Assembly (NCBI GenBank): GCA_964016885.1 | Contig: OZ024740.1 | Coordinates: 350,920,001 to 350,984,000 of the forward strand | Length of the DNA stretch: 64,000 nt | Source of the DNA: Eledone cirrhosa | Taxonomy: Eukaryota | Direction of reading: 5' to 3' | Shown here: one piece after another, positions 28,132 to 39,896 of the stretch | Layout of the letters: each line of letters opens with the position of its first letter | Numbering within the stretch: position 1 is the stretch's first letter | The notes under the pieces: generated by a model | Told to the model about the DNA's origin: nothing | Database searches by the model: none | The model's input: the letters and a program-made list of their open reading frames with translations, nothing else | Position numbers and translations under genes: made by a program

Positions 28132-28136
<5 letters not shown>
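27772..28136 (+). mobile_element. Short PLE-like element with partial inverted terminus and hammerhead-like motif
   Basis: 27772-27810 is the inverted repeat of about 28036-28074; hammerhead-like motif at 27963-27998; embedded in (TA)n; homolog at 3003-3250. Confidence 0.6.
27963..27998 (+). ncRNA. Variant (U3-A8) minimal hammerhead motif
   Basis: ctt-TTGAAAA-GCAG-aagaa-CTGC-GAAA-CCGG-TA-aag. Confidence 0.5.
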
Positions 28137-28200
<64 letters not shown>

Positions 28201-28209
<9 letters not shown>

Positions 28210-28790
28210 AAACTGAGGATGTCTGTTTGTGTGTGTGTGAGTTTGAATCCCTAAAACTAGAGAAGCACCCAACCGACTGTTTTCCAAACTTTACACTTGT
28301 AATACTTATGTTTCAGGGAGTGTTCTGAGCAAAGAAATTGTCAAAGTTTCAATGCCCTAGGGACCGCATTAGGCGATTTAGCGATCTCTCTCTATAATTC
28401 TTACTCTTTCTCTTTTTAGATAGATACATACATATAACGTTGCGCCCTTATAATATCTGTTTGAATGTCTGGCTGTCTGCATTACGTCACTTCCTACAAT
28501 TCGCTCTGCGTCCAAAACGCGCCCTTATAATATCTGTCTGTATGTCTGTCTGTCTGCTGCCTCCAGTTATTCTGCCACCCTTGCTCAAGACAAATCTCAC
28601 ACTCATTCCCCAAACAGTTGATAAGTGCACACAACTTCTTCCTCACGTTTTAAGCCACAGTGTTGCTTACTTACGTACCACCAGACCCTTACTTCTTTGC
28701 TAGCCGTGGTTGTGGGAATACTAAGCTTAGCTAAGGCGGTTATATATTTCACAATACGTTATCCCGTGCAACGCCGGGTACCACTGCTAG
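28201..28790 (+). mobile_element. Non-autonomous Helitron-like element
   Basis: Starts TATATAAAACTGAGGATGTCTG and ends CCCGTGCAACGCCGGG..CTAG before (TA)n; termini shared with 1-958. Confidence 0.62.
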
Positions 28791-28792
28791 TA

Positions 28793-28871
<79 letters not shown>

Positions 28872-28992
28872 ACCCGGTGTAAATCGGGATGCGACCACTG
28901 TCAAAAAAGGTACTCACTACATTAGTAGAGTATAGGTATATTTATTTTATTATAGAAATGACCTGGTGTGTGTTCGTGTGTGTGCATATTTA

Positions 28993-29225
28993 TCACATGA
29001 CATACAGTGACTGTAGAAAGAAGAATATGCAATACTACGCCGATACTTAACAGAGAGCCTATAGATGCCAAGAGAGCCTATAGATGCCTATTGACTGGTT
29101 CCGTCTAATATCACTCCTCAGTGTAGATGGTGAAGTGTTTCACAAAGAGTAGTCCAGAAAACTGATGTAAAGACCTTTTGGTTACGTGACATGACCAGGA
29201 AAATACATACAACGGGATTAGAACA
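28993..29225 (+). mobile_element. Hero-like RT-derived fragment, second copy
   Basis: Homologous to 17690-18000 (GACATACAGTGACTGTAGAAAGAAGAATATG..FRLISLLSVDGEVF). Confidence 0.55.
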
Positions 29226-29871
29226 TTTTCATTCGTAAAACAATTACCAGATGAATTCTTACGAATGAAATAGAGGAGATCTCGAAGGAAGGCGTCGAGT
29301 GGAGAGACGCTCTGCTGAGAAGGACCCCTCCAACCAATGCAAGCGCAGAGAAACAGACGTAGATATGATGATATATATATATCCAATTTCAAATTGAAAT
29401 AACAGCAGCCTTGTGTTGGTTGTGTCGATTACAGTATAAGGAGGATTGTGATGACAATATGGAATGTGCAACACCTGAAAAGTGCCATCATATCATTTAA
29501 TAGTGCTATAATACATAACATTAAACGAAACAATAATACCATGGAATATAATTCATAAGATAAATAAATATAGTATATTACATGACTGCATGAGAGTGTG
29601 CGTGTATGTCTGTGCATATGTGTGTTTGTATATATTTATATTTATTTATATACTTATGTATATAGGTATGCCTATATACAGATGTATGTATATATGGTCC
29701 CGTAACTTATGATAGAGTCGTAGGGGCACCGTATTGACATACGGCGTTTCTTGGACATTTTAAGCCTGGCGGAGACCATCCCACTCCAGGCATAAGTACA
29801 GCAGATTTCTCCCAGAGAAAGACAGAAAGTGAGGCAGAGGAAATGAGAAGGAGATATAGAGGAAGAATCCA

Positions 29872-30025
29872 CCCCAGTACGAGAGTGGTGCTTTTTTTTA
29901 TTGACCTCGAAAGGATGAAAGGCAAAGTTGACCTCGCCTGGTTTTGAACTCAGAAAGCAAAGAGTCGGAACGAATAGCATAAAGCATTCTTATCCGACGT
30001 TCTAACGACTCTGCCCCAATTCGAA
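29872..30025 (-). mobile_element. Diverged family A SINE
   Basis: AAGGATGAAAGGCAAAGTTGACCTCG..TTTGAACTCAGAA core. Confidence 0.75.
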
Positions 30026-30040
30026 GCCTTATACGAGAAA

Positions 30041-30089
<49 letters not shown>

Positions 30090-30210
30090 ATACATAGATA
30101 CATAGGTACGTACGTACGTACATGCATACATGCATGCATACATACATACATACATACATACATACATACATACATACATACATACATACATACATACATA
30201 CATACATACA

Positions 30211-30669
30211 TGGTGGATGCCAACCCGTTTTCGAGTACGGCCACTACTTTATATACATGTAGGAGAACTCCTACCGATGCGCTGAACGAGTGTGACTTTT
30301 TAGTCCAGCCAGCGATTTGAAAACTCTGGTACAAACACTACACTTGTGACAATTGCTGACACATAGTGCTAGGCCCATGGTACCATGTGATGACAAGTGC
30401 AGAGAGATCTCCAGAATACCTGTGCCGTGAAGCTTTTATAGTGAGCAAAGGCACTGCACAAAACCAGTCCCACTCTCTTAACCAAGATGATATTTACCAA
30501 AAAGAAGAACAATTCAACATCATTGGATACCATCAGGGTTGCAGGTGTTATATCAGAGTTTTCCTTCTCCTAGAATTCTGCCTTGACAAAGGCTAAGGGG
30601 TCATCTCTCCCGGTGATTTTGGATGGCCATTGACTCTTAAGAGCTCCTTTGCCCTTTGACAGGTTTTGA
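30211..30669 (-). mobile_element. Bipartite non-autonomous RTE element
   Basis: RTE 5'-UTR-type motif TCTAGGAGAAGGAAAACTCTGAT fused to the RTE 3' end; (CATA)n on both sides. Confidence 0.78.
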
Positions 30670-30695
30670 CATACATACATACATACATACATACA

Positions 30696-31307
30696 TGGTG
30701 GCTGCCAACTCGTTTTCGAGTACGGCCACTACTTTATATCCATGTAGGAGAACCCGTACCGATGCGCTGAACGAGTGTGACTTTTTAGTCCAGCCAGCGA
30801 CTTGAAAACTCTGGTACAAACACTACACTTGTGACAATTATTGACACATAGTGCTGGGCCCATGGTGCCATGTGAGGACAAGTGCAGAGAGATCTCCAGA
30901 TATAAAGCAATGCCTGTGCTGTGAAGCTTTTATAGTGAGCAAAGGCACTGCACAAAGCCAGTCCCACTCTCTTAACCAAGATGATATTTACCAAAAAGAA
31001 GAACAATTCAACATCATTGGATACCATCAGGGTTGCAGGTGTTATATCAGAGTTTTCCTTCTCCTAGAATTCTGCCTTGACAAAGGCTAAGGGGTCATCT
31101 CTCCCGGTGATTTTGGATGGCTATTGACTCTTAAGAGGCCCTTTGCCTTTTGACAGGTTTTGTTTTTAGTCCTGCAGGATGTCCAAAGCCACCCTCCTCA
31201 CCAAGAAACCTTGGTGGGGTTGCCAGTTTAGTCGCCAACGACTCGACCATGAGACAGGTTGTACTGGGATACATGTTACCAGTAGCACCAACTGGTGACC
31301 TGACATC
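30696..31307 (-). mobile_element. Bipartite non-autonomous RTE element, longest copy
   Basis: Tandem near-identical to 30211-30669 with an extra about 155 bp 5' extension; (CATA)n on both sides. Confidence 0.8.
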
Positions 31308-31342
31308 CATACATACATACATACATACATACATACATACAT

Positions 31343-32395
31343 ACATACATACATACATACATAGGAAAAAGGTTGGCAACCATCTTGCCCAGGTTTATGA
31401 CCATGAAAAAAGAAATATCATTAGAATAGCGACTGATCTGGAGGAGAGATATGGAATAAAGCCCGATATAAATCTCTCACCCAGAGAAATCGGAAGATCC
31501 TATTCAATGTTCAAACAAGAAAAGAAAATTGACCAATTTACAGAAAAAGTTGTGCATGGATACTTGAGGCGTAAAACACAGACCATAGAGGGGATAAACC
31601 ACTCAAAAAGCCTGGCATGGAGTTCCGACAAGTTTATGACATCACACCTTGAGGGATATCTCTATGCAATACAGGAACAAGAACTCCCTACCAAATATCT
31701 GCTGCACAAAAGAGGAGGGCCAGCAGCTGACAATAAATGTAGGCTATGTAAAACAAAGATCGAGGATGTAAGCCACATTGTTGCCAGCTGCGAAAGAATG
31801 TCATCTCGCTACTACCTCCCCATGAGACACGATGGGATAGCTAGAACCATCTGGAACGCACTTCGGAAAACAAAATTAACAACAAACGAGGAAGAATATA
31901 TTGAGACAGATGGCACTAAGGAATACTGGTGGAACCTGAAAATAAAAACTGCCACCAGATTAAAGCACAACCGGCCTGATATTGTAGTTTGGGACCACAC
32001 ATTGAAAACGTGTTCTGTTGTGGAGATCAGCTGCCCACTTGATGTAAACGTTGTCAGAAAAATACAGGAGAAGGAGGACATCTACGGACCATTGATGAGG
32101 AGTTTACAAATCCAGTATCCAAGATACACCTTTAGCTTCATACCCATCATTATTGGTGCTACGGGTTATATACCAACCCGCTTGGACCAAAGTATGACTG
32201 AACTTGGATTTGCGGACAAAAAGCGCAGCTCCCTAATTCATAGTCTACAAATGGCTGCGATAGCTGGCACCTTCAAAATTTGCAAAACATTCTTGCGATT
32301 CAAGGGATGACAATTTCTTTTCTTTTACAACCTTGCCACCAGGAAGGTGGCCGGTCAAAAAAATATACTCAAAATTAAGAGAAAGAGAAAACAAA
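31343..32395 (+). mobile_element. R4/Dong-clade LINE, 5'-truncated, open reading frame intact to its stop at 32310
   Basis: CRLC..HIVASC..RHD, HNRPDIVVWD..VEISCP and PIIIGATG; (CATA)n at both ends. Confidence 0.93.
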
Positions 32396-33663
32396 CATAC
32401 ATACATACATATAAGATAATTGTTTACGGCTTTCTCCATTACCTTTAATAGCGAGCTTATGTTTTTTTAAATTCTAGGGATATCGTAAATATAATCGGTT
32501 TGTCTATATTATTATCACATCAAATAAAATGTAATCGTTTTAGAGAACTATTACAACAATCTCATCCTTGTAGAATCCGATGTAAATTTCCTTGTAGTTA
32601 TTTTAATGCTCGAAATTTCAAATTGAAGTATAAACCACACGCCAAAATAGGCAGGTGCTATAAAAGCAGTCCAGGTTCAATGAAATACGTTCTGAATTTC
32701 GATGTAAATCAATAAAAATTTCAGTGTTTTGTTAACTGAATTTCAATTCAATTTAGAATTTCTATTCAATTCCTCTGATCTTTGAAATCTAGTCATAAAA
32801 ACATCTTAAATTTTATTCTAGTTTAAAGTGTCAAAAGTTAAGATAAAATATAGATAAAAAAGTTTAAAATGAAAATATTAATTAATATTGTACTCCCGTC
32901 GTTTTATACATTTTAAAGGAGGATGTCTCAAATTAGAACTGTTTCCAGCCAAACCAAATTATTTTCCTTTTCTAGAATTAGATTTAAACCTTCAGCTATA
33001 GATTGTTAAATAATATCCCCGAAAATGAATGAACACCCCACATCTTATTTCCACTCTTGATAATCTGAACCATTTATACCATTGTAACAATACGTCCTGT
33101 TACTTTTTGTAATGTCTTTCTCATCACCAATATACAGCCTTCTTTACCCAAAAGCCACATTGAAGTGTACAAGGACCGTGCAAGATTTTATTATAATAAG
33201 CCATAAATAAAAGGTAGACTAGTATTGTTCGTTATTCTTAGCAGGAATTCAGCTCAGCAACGTCAGTCACTCAATTTACAGTGTTGTCGATGCAAATTGT
33301 AGTGAGTAAATATTTACAGAGCTGTGAACCATTAAAGGTTAAGTAACTTGGTCATAGAGGCATCCTACATTGCTTGGGATATACTACGGGCCTCAGACTC
33401 TTTGGCTTATATTCAGCTTATGTTTCAGCCATTTTCGTCGTTACTGCCGCCAACAAGACAACTATTAAGGGAAATCTTCGACTGTCCACAGCAGCTCATA
33501 ATTCCGTTGCTTAGTTACGAAGTCCCTAACGATAAGCAAATTAGATAGAGATACGAATGAACTGAATATCAGCTTATTGCAGGAAACATTTCCAGAAACA
33601 CAAACATACACACACATGAATTACTCGGATACTACATTCATTGTGTATATGTGTGTGTGTGTG

Positions 33664-33701
<38 letters not shown>

Positions 33702-33774
33702 TGTGTGTGTGCGTGCGTGTGTGTGTGTGCGTGCGCAGGTGGATGTGCGTGCGTGTGTGTGTGTGCGTGTGTAC

Positions 33775-33843
<69 letters not shown>

Positions 33844-33919
33844 GTGTGTGTGCGTGTGCATGATTATGTATATATATATGTATATAATACGCGTGTATAT
33901 TAACGAATACGCAAAACAA

Positions 33920-36900
33920 TACGCAACAAAATGCTGGGAAGAGAGCACTTCCCTCTCTACACTGATTTTCCTTTTTAAATGAAATTTGAAAAAGTTAATC
34001 AGAGCATCACCGAAGAGGTAAGTGCTCGTCTTCAGCCCTTTCAAACGTGTACACCATACTATCTCTTTCGCCATGGCCACCAGACAGATAAAAATTGCCT
34101 GCCCTTCCCAGCTAAAGGAAGAGGGCGGGGCAATCCTCAGGATGGACTCAGCTGATAGCTGGATCCGTCCTACACGCGACAGCAGGTGTTCGACATAAAC
34201 CCACAAGTCAGCAATGCTCGGACACTGGACGAGTGCGTGCAGGACGGTTTCGTCGCATTGCGCGCATCTCAGACATGCCCGGCTGACGGCACCTCCATGC
34301 CCGTAGAGTTTATCCCGAACTGGCAAAGCTCCTCGGTAGCAGGGCCAGGCCAAGGATTTCCCCTCCACTAATCCTCTATAGAACGCCAAGGTGGAGTTTC
34401 CACCGATCACATTGCCCGATTGGTCGAGGGCTGTGAGCGCCTGAAGAGATTCCAGTCTCCAAGCGCTCCCTCTCGGTCTTCGCTTGACCCAGGACTGCAG
34501 CTCCGTCAAAGAGACGAGCGGGGGAAAGACGCGTCTAGCAAACGGCGACCACACCTGATCACCGTCGAGGAAGAGGTGCAGATGTCGTAGCCTGGGCATC
34601 ATCAGCCACGGCATGCCCAGCCCTCCGCGTAGCGGGTGTTGACAGCAGAAGGACCGTCTGACCATCGGAGCGCGTCCCTTCCACAAAAAGCGAAAGAGCA
34701 AACGCTCCAGCGCAGTCAGGCGGGGCTTAGGACAAGGTACGACGGTCAGGCGGTAGTAGATGACAGAAGCGATGTACTCGTTGGCCACCTCCGCACAACC
34801 TTTCAGGGATAGCTTCCTCTCCGCCCATTTCTGGGTGAGAGAAGCCACCCTGCTCGTCACCTCGTCCCAGTTTTTGTCCGTCTGGAGGTCCGGACCGAAG
34901 CAGACCCCTAGCAATTTAACCGGTCCGTCCGTCCAGCGCCCGACGACGCTGTTGGACGGCATGGACCTGCCTCTCCAGGTGCCGAGCTGCAAGCTCACTG
35001 TCTTTTCCTGGTTGATCATTGCCCCTGTCACCGCTTCGTATTCTCTTAGTGTAGTGCCGATCGCCTCGATGTGTTTGGCGTTCGACACCACTACGGTGAC
35101 ATCGTCCGCATATTTTGACACGGTCTTCCGCATCCTAGTTCGCGTGGGAGCCCCCTCAACGGCTCCAGTTTGTGCAGCAATGGCTCGAGAGTCAATACGT
35201 AAAAGAGGGACGAGAGGGGACATCCTTGGCGGACCGAGCGCATGATGTTGAACGGTTCTGAAAGGTGACCGTTCACTCTCACCACAGAGCAGATGTCGCT
35301 GTGCATGGCAGCGATCCAGCCTCTGAAGACGGGCCCAAAGCCAGCCGCCCCCAGGACTGCCGCTAGGTAACAATGGTCGAACCTAACGAAAGCTTTCGAC
35401 TGATCTAAATTGATCAAGGACCCACCCGTGCCAGGTTCCCTAGCTACCCTCTCTACGATGTATCGCATGAGGTGGAGGTTGTCGTGGATGGATCTGTCGG
35501 GAATGGTGCATGTCTGCGCCTCTCCCACCAGACCACCAACGACAAGCGCCAACCACTTTGCTAGCACCTTGGCCAAAATCTTGAACTCTGTGTTTAGCAG
35601 AGTTATGGGCCGGAAATTATCTATGTTATCCCCCTAGTTCGGATCCTTTCTCAGCAGCGCCACCGCTCCTCGGTTCACAGAGCTGGGAATTCCCCCGTTC
35701 TGTTGCCAGTTGCAGTAGACGTCCGCCAAGATGCCTCCGAACAAGTCTGGCATCTGTACGTAAAGTTCATAGGGCAGACCATCCAAACCAGGCGATTTAC
35801 CCCTTGTGCAGCCAGTCATTGCCTCTCGTACTTCAGCGGCTGTTATCGGCTTTTCGCAACACTCTGCCTCAGTGGCCGAGAACCGCGGCAGTTCGTCGAG
35901 GTAGACACTAAAGTCCATCTCTCGATCCCGCCCGCCGCTGCCTCCCGAACAGCTGAGCGAAGTGTCGCTGAAAAGCTTCACACATTTGCCCAGGATCGAG
36001 TAGCATGCGCCCGTCGTGGTCCACCAAAGACCGGATCGTGGCTTTGTTGCCACGACGCGCTTCCGCCACTCCGGCCCATTAAACGGCTTTCGTCTCCTCG
36101 TGTCTGATAGCACGCACCCTAGCTCTGACAACGCAGCCTTCGTGCTTTGCATTGAAGAATTGGTCAAGGGTCAATTTCGCCGCAAGTACGTCGGTCGTGA
36201 TGCCTTTGCTAAGCGCCTCGTCTAATTTTCTAACTAGTTCTCCCTCTGCTCTATTTTTCTCTATTGCTAAAGCCTTACTAAACCTAATGGACTCTATTCT
36301 AATCGCTCTTTTCAGAGCAAACCACCACTTTTTTTGACGATGGCCCCCGTCAAAGCCCGCTTAACTAGTTCGCTAATCCGGTCTCTGTAAGCCTTGCGCG
36401 CTGGTAAGGACGCGTTTAGCTTCCAGTAGCCGGGTCCTCGTCTATGAAGACTATCTAAATCAAGTACACAGATCACGAATTTGTGGTCCGTGTAGCTGAC
36501 TATCTTGAATTGTGGACAGCCTATGCTATACCTATCTATTTCCCTACAAAATACTTTATCTAGATATGATATGGATGACCCTATGCGGTTGGTCCAAGTC
36601 CACATTGGCACATTCGGGAAATCCAATCGGTACCTGTCAGACAGTTCAAAACGCCTGAGCAGGTTGGCGAGGCTCTTGCACCCTCCTCCTCTATCCGCTA
36701 ATCCCACACAGTCCCAGCGTGCATCTAAGATACCGTTCCAGTCGCCCACTAACACTGAAGAGCGGGACGGTCCAAGAAAGGTCTCCAGACGCCGGAAGAA
36801 ATCAGGCCGCCCTGCTCCTGTCGGGGAATAGACGGCCACTAGCCTGAAAGCTTGCCCGTCTCCGCTGGTCACGTCCAGCACCACCAACTTACCTTCTGTG

Positions 36901-38966
36901 TCCAGGAAGATGGCCCGTATGGCGAGATCCAAACCTCTCCGAAAAAGCACAGCAACTCCTGCCCCCGACCCAGGACGGCTGGGAGATGCGTACACATCGT
37001 AGCCGCCGAAGATCGTTGCGAAAGCCCGTGCTTCGGAGATTCTGGTCTCGCTGATGGCCACTACATCTATGTTTAGTGACCTGAGGTCGTTGAGCAGGGG
37101 GCCCTACTTCCAAGACGACCCCAAGCCACGTGCATTTATGCTACCTATTCTGAGTGAGGTCATGTTGAAATGGAGTGGAAAAGATGGGAAAGACCACTTA
37201 CCTTACTTCTCGTATGGGAAGGATGGTTTCTTCATCCCTTTCCACTTGATCGTCTGGTGAAGGGACCGTTGAATCGTCCCTTCGGCTGGTCGTCGGCTCT
37301 TCTGTGAGTATATCCGAATATACTCTCCGGTTGAGTGTCCTCCTAGGTCTCTGAAATCACCAACTGCTTTGGGGAATTTTATTTTAATGTTTGTGTATTG
37401 TTTCTGTGCTATTCTTACCAGTCTTATGTTCGTTGGTGTTTTGATTGGTGCTGGTATTATGTAGTCCTGCTGTGAAATGTCTGTGTGTTCAATTATGTAA
37501 GTCATTAGTTTCTTGTGTGTATTTATTGCTGTGCATTTCTTTCTCTTGTGGTGGGGTGTGGTTCTGCTATTTTCTTGTTGTTGCTGGATGTATGTGTCTT
37601 GTTGTTGTGTTTGCGATGTTGGTGCTTGTGGTGGTGGTGTTGAAGGTGTTGTTGTTGTTGGCGGTGAGGTTGCCGCCGGTGGTGATGGTGGTGCTAGTGT
37701 GGGTGGTGACGGTGGTGCTAGTGTGGGTGGTGATGGTGTTGGTGGTGTTGCTGCTGTAAGTCTCTTTGCAGTAGCCTTTACCCTTTTTTCATTTCTTCCC
37801 TCCCCTTTCGAAGGCGACGATGCGCTGCTTCTGCGTTTGTGCCTTCTTGCGACCTTTTGCCATCCCTATCGCACCTCACACTCCATGTACGATTCGGTGA
37901 TGTCGGGGAGGGGTACCAGCTCCACTCTTTCACTTGTTCTTGTTGGTGATCGTTGCAGTGAAGTCTCTGTTGCAGCTGCAGTCGGTATTACTGTTGTTGC
38001 TGTTAATACTTCCACTGCTGCTGCTGTTCTTGATTTCCGTGGCGTGGGTATGGGTGCCACGGACCTATTCTCCCTGCTTGCACCTGTCCTGTTGCTGGTA
38101 GCAGTGGAGACGGTTTCGGAAGGAGGGGGGGTTTCTCCTTTCTCGTGGTCTTCTCATTGCAGAAGGCCTCGAGGTGAGTCTTCGAGCCGCAGCGAAAGCA
38201 TTTCGGGCGTTTGCCCTCAACACTTATGTCAGTTGAGTGCCGTTATCGAAGTCTATCACATCAGGGATAGCTTCGATGCACTCTTGGTTGGTTTTAATTA
38301 ACATCTCAATGGAGGTGCCGACCCAATCTTCTCGTACTTTTTTATGTACTTGCAGTACAGTTGTTTTATCCTCGATTCCGACGAGGACAGACGCGGTCAG
38401 CCAAGAAGGGGCCATCCCGGGGGTGGTGGGGGGGACGTGGATAAGTTTGACCTTCACAATTTTTGCCCACAGTAGGAGGGCACCAACACCTTTTCCTCGC
38501 TCCTTAGCGTCACTAAGGATTGAGCTTTTGCCTCCTGGGGTGTGGTAAAAAGTACGTCCACGGTGGGATATTTCTTGCCTCGGGTGATATGCGTTTTCCG
38601 ATGCCACACAGACCCTAAGGCTTTTTGTATTTGAGCCTCTGTGGCTCTTTCAACCCTACCTGGTTCTGTGCTTACTGTACGGTACGTGACCGTACAGTGC
38701 TGTTGGGTTTCGAAAAATGTTTCGGCTGCCTTGCAGATTGCTCGGTGTCCAGTTTTCGTCACCATCTTCTTTGCTTCCTGTAATTCCTCATTTGTTATAA
38801 GGATGGTTTCCAGGTTCTTTGCGATACCTGCAAACTAGATTGGTTTTTCTTTCTTCTTGTTGTTGTTGTTGTTGTTGTCGTCAGAGCTGCTGTTACTTTT
38901 GTTATTGCTGCTGGTACTATTTATGGCCGCCGCCGTTGTTGCTGTGGTTGTTGTTGCTGTGGTTGT

Positions 38967-38997
<31 letters not shown>

Positions 38998-39590
38998 TAT
39001 GCTGCTGCTGATGTTGTTGCGGCTGCTACTAGTATTTTCCTTGTCACTGTTGCTGCTGCTGCTGTTATTACGGCTGCTGCTGCTATTCCTCATGACGTCA
39101 GACGAATGAAATGGCCTTCCGTATTTATCGCACACATTTTTCGTCGTTGTATTCGTCGTTGAGAAATGTTCCACTGTATGCACGTTCTCTTGGTGAAAGC
39201 TACCAGAAACTATATTTTTTCTTTTTCTTTACTGGCGTCGCTTGCGAAAGAGGCGACACCACATTTAGAGAAGGGAGGGAGAGAGACAATCTTCTCTCTG
39301 ATGTAATGACGTTTGAGGAAGAAGAAGACGGAACGAGTGGGAGTGACTTGTGAAAATCTTTTTTTTGTAGCCATGTTTTTTTTCGGTTTAAAATGAATAT
39401 TGGGCACAAAACCCCATTAAGCGGTTATTTAACCCCGAAGGGCCAAATAACGGGCAGAAAGAACCCTCTCACGAGGAGGAGGGTGTTTTTAATCTACAAT
39501 TTGGTTCAAGTTTTAAACAATTTACAATTGTTATAACGGTTAAAAATGACTATACCTTACAGAGCCGAGTCTCCGTCAACCAAGGTATTC
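33920..39590 (-). mobile_element. Tx1-clade LINE, degenerate copy with complete 5' end and 3' UTR missing
   Basis: APE (ISETR, LVGDWN, YTDHK, PGYWKLN), RT (KSPGLDG, LDQSKAF, RQGCPLS, YADDVT) and CxxC..ETVLH..C zinc finger; multiple frameshifts; collinear with 39636-45712. Confidence 0.93.
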
Positions 39591-39637
<47 letters not shown>

Positions 39638-39896
39638 TTTCTTTATTAACCACAAGGGTTTACATAAAGTAGACATTAAGGACAGTGCAGGACAATGCAG
39701 GACGGTACAAATGGGCATTTCTGCGTGTAAAAAACAAAAACAGAGGATGTAACAAAAATAACAATGAAAATAACAATGAAAAATTCCCCAATAGGGGGGA
39801 GACTTCGGAGGGACATTTGTGGAGAAAGCCCAGTAAAAAGCCACAATGACCCTGACCACCAAGGCAAGTGCCCTCTCCCAGTTTTCCACCTTTAAT

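Noticed and set aside
31150-31342. N-terminal part of the 386-aa ORF
   Set aside because: Chance read-through from an antisense RTE-derived element and (CATA)n into the R4 fragment; not a real fusion protein.
33775-35373. 532-aa ORF as an intact gene
   Set aside because: Frameshifted, internally deleted Tx1 ORF2 running into a (TA)n tract.
37513-38301. Gly/Val-rich 262-aa ORF (and 43665-44306)
   Set aside because: Antisense shadow of the Pro/Thr-rich Tx1 ORF1.
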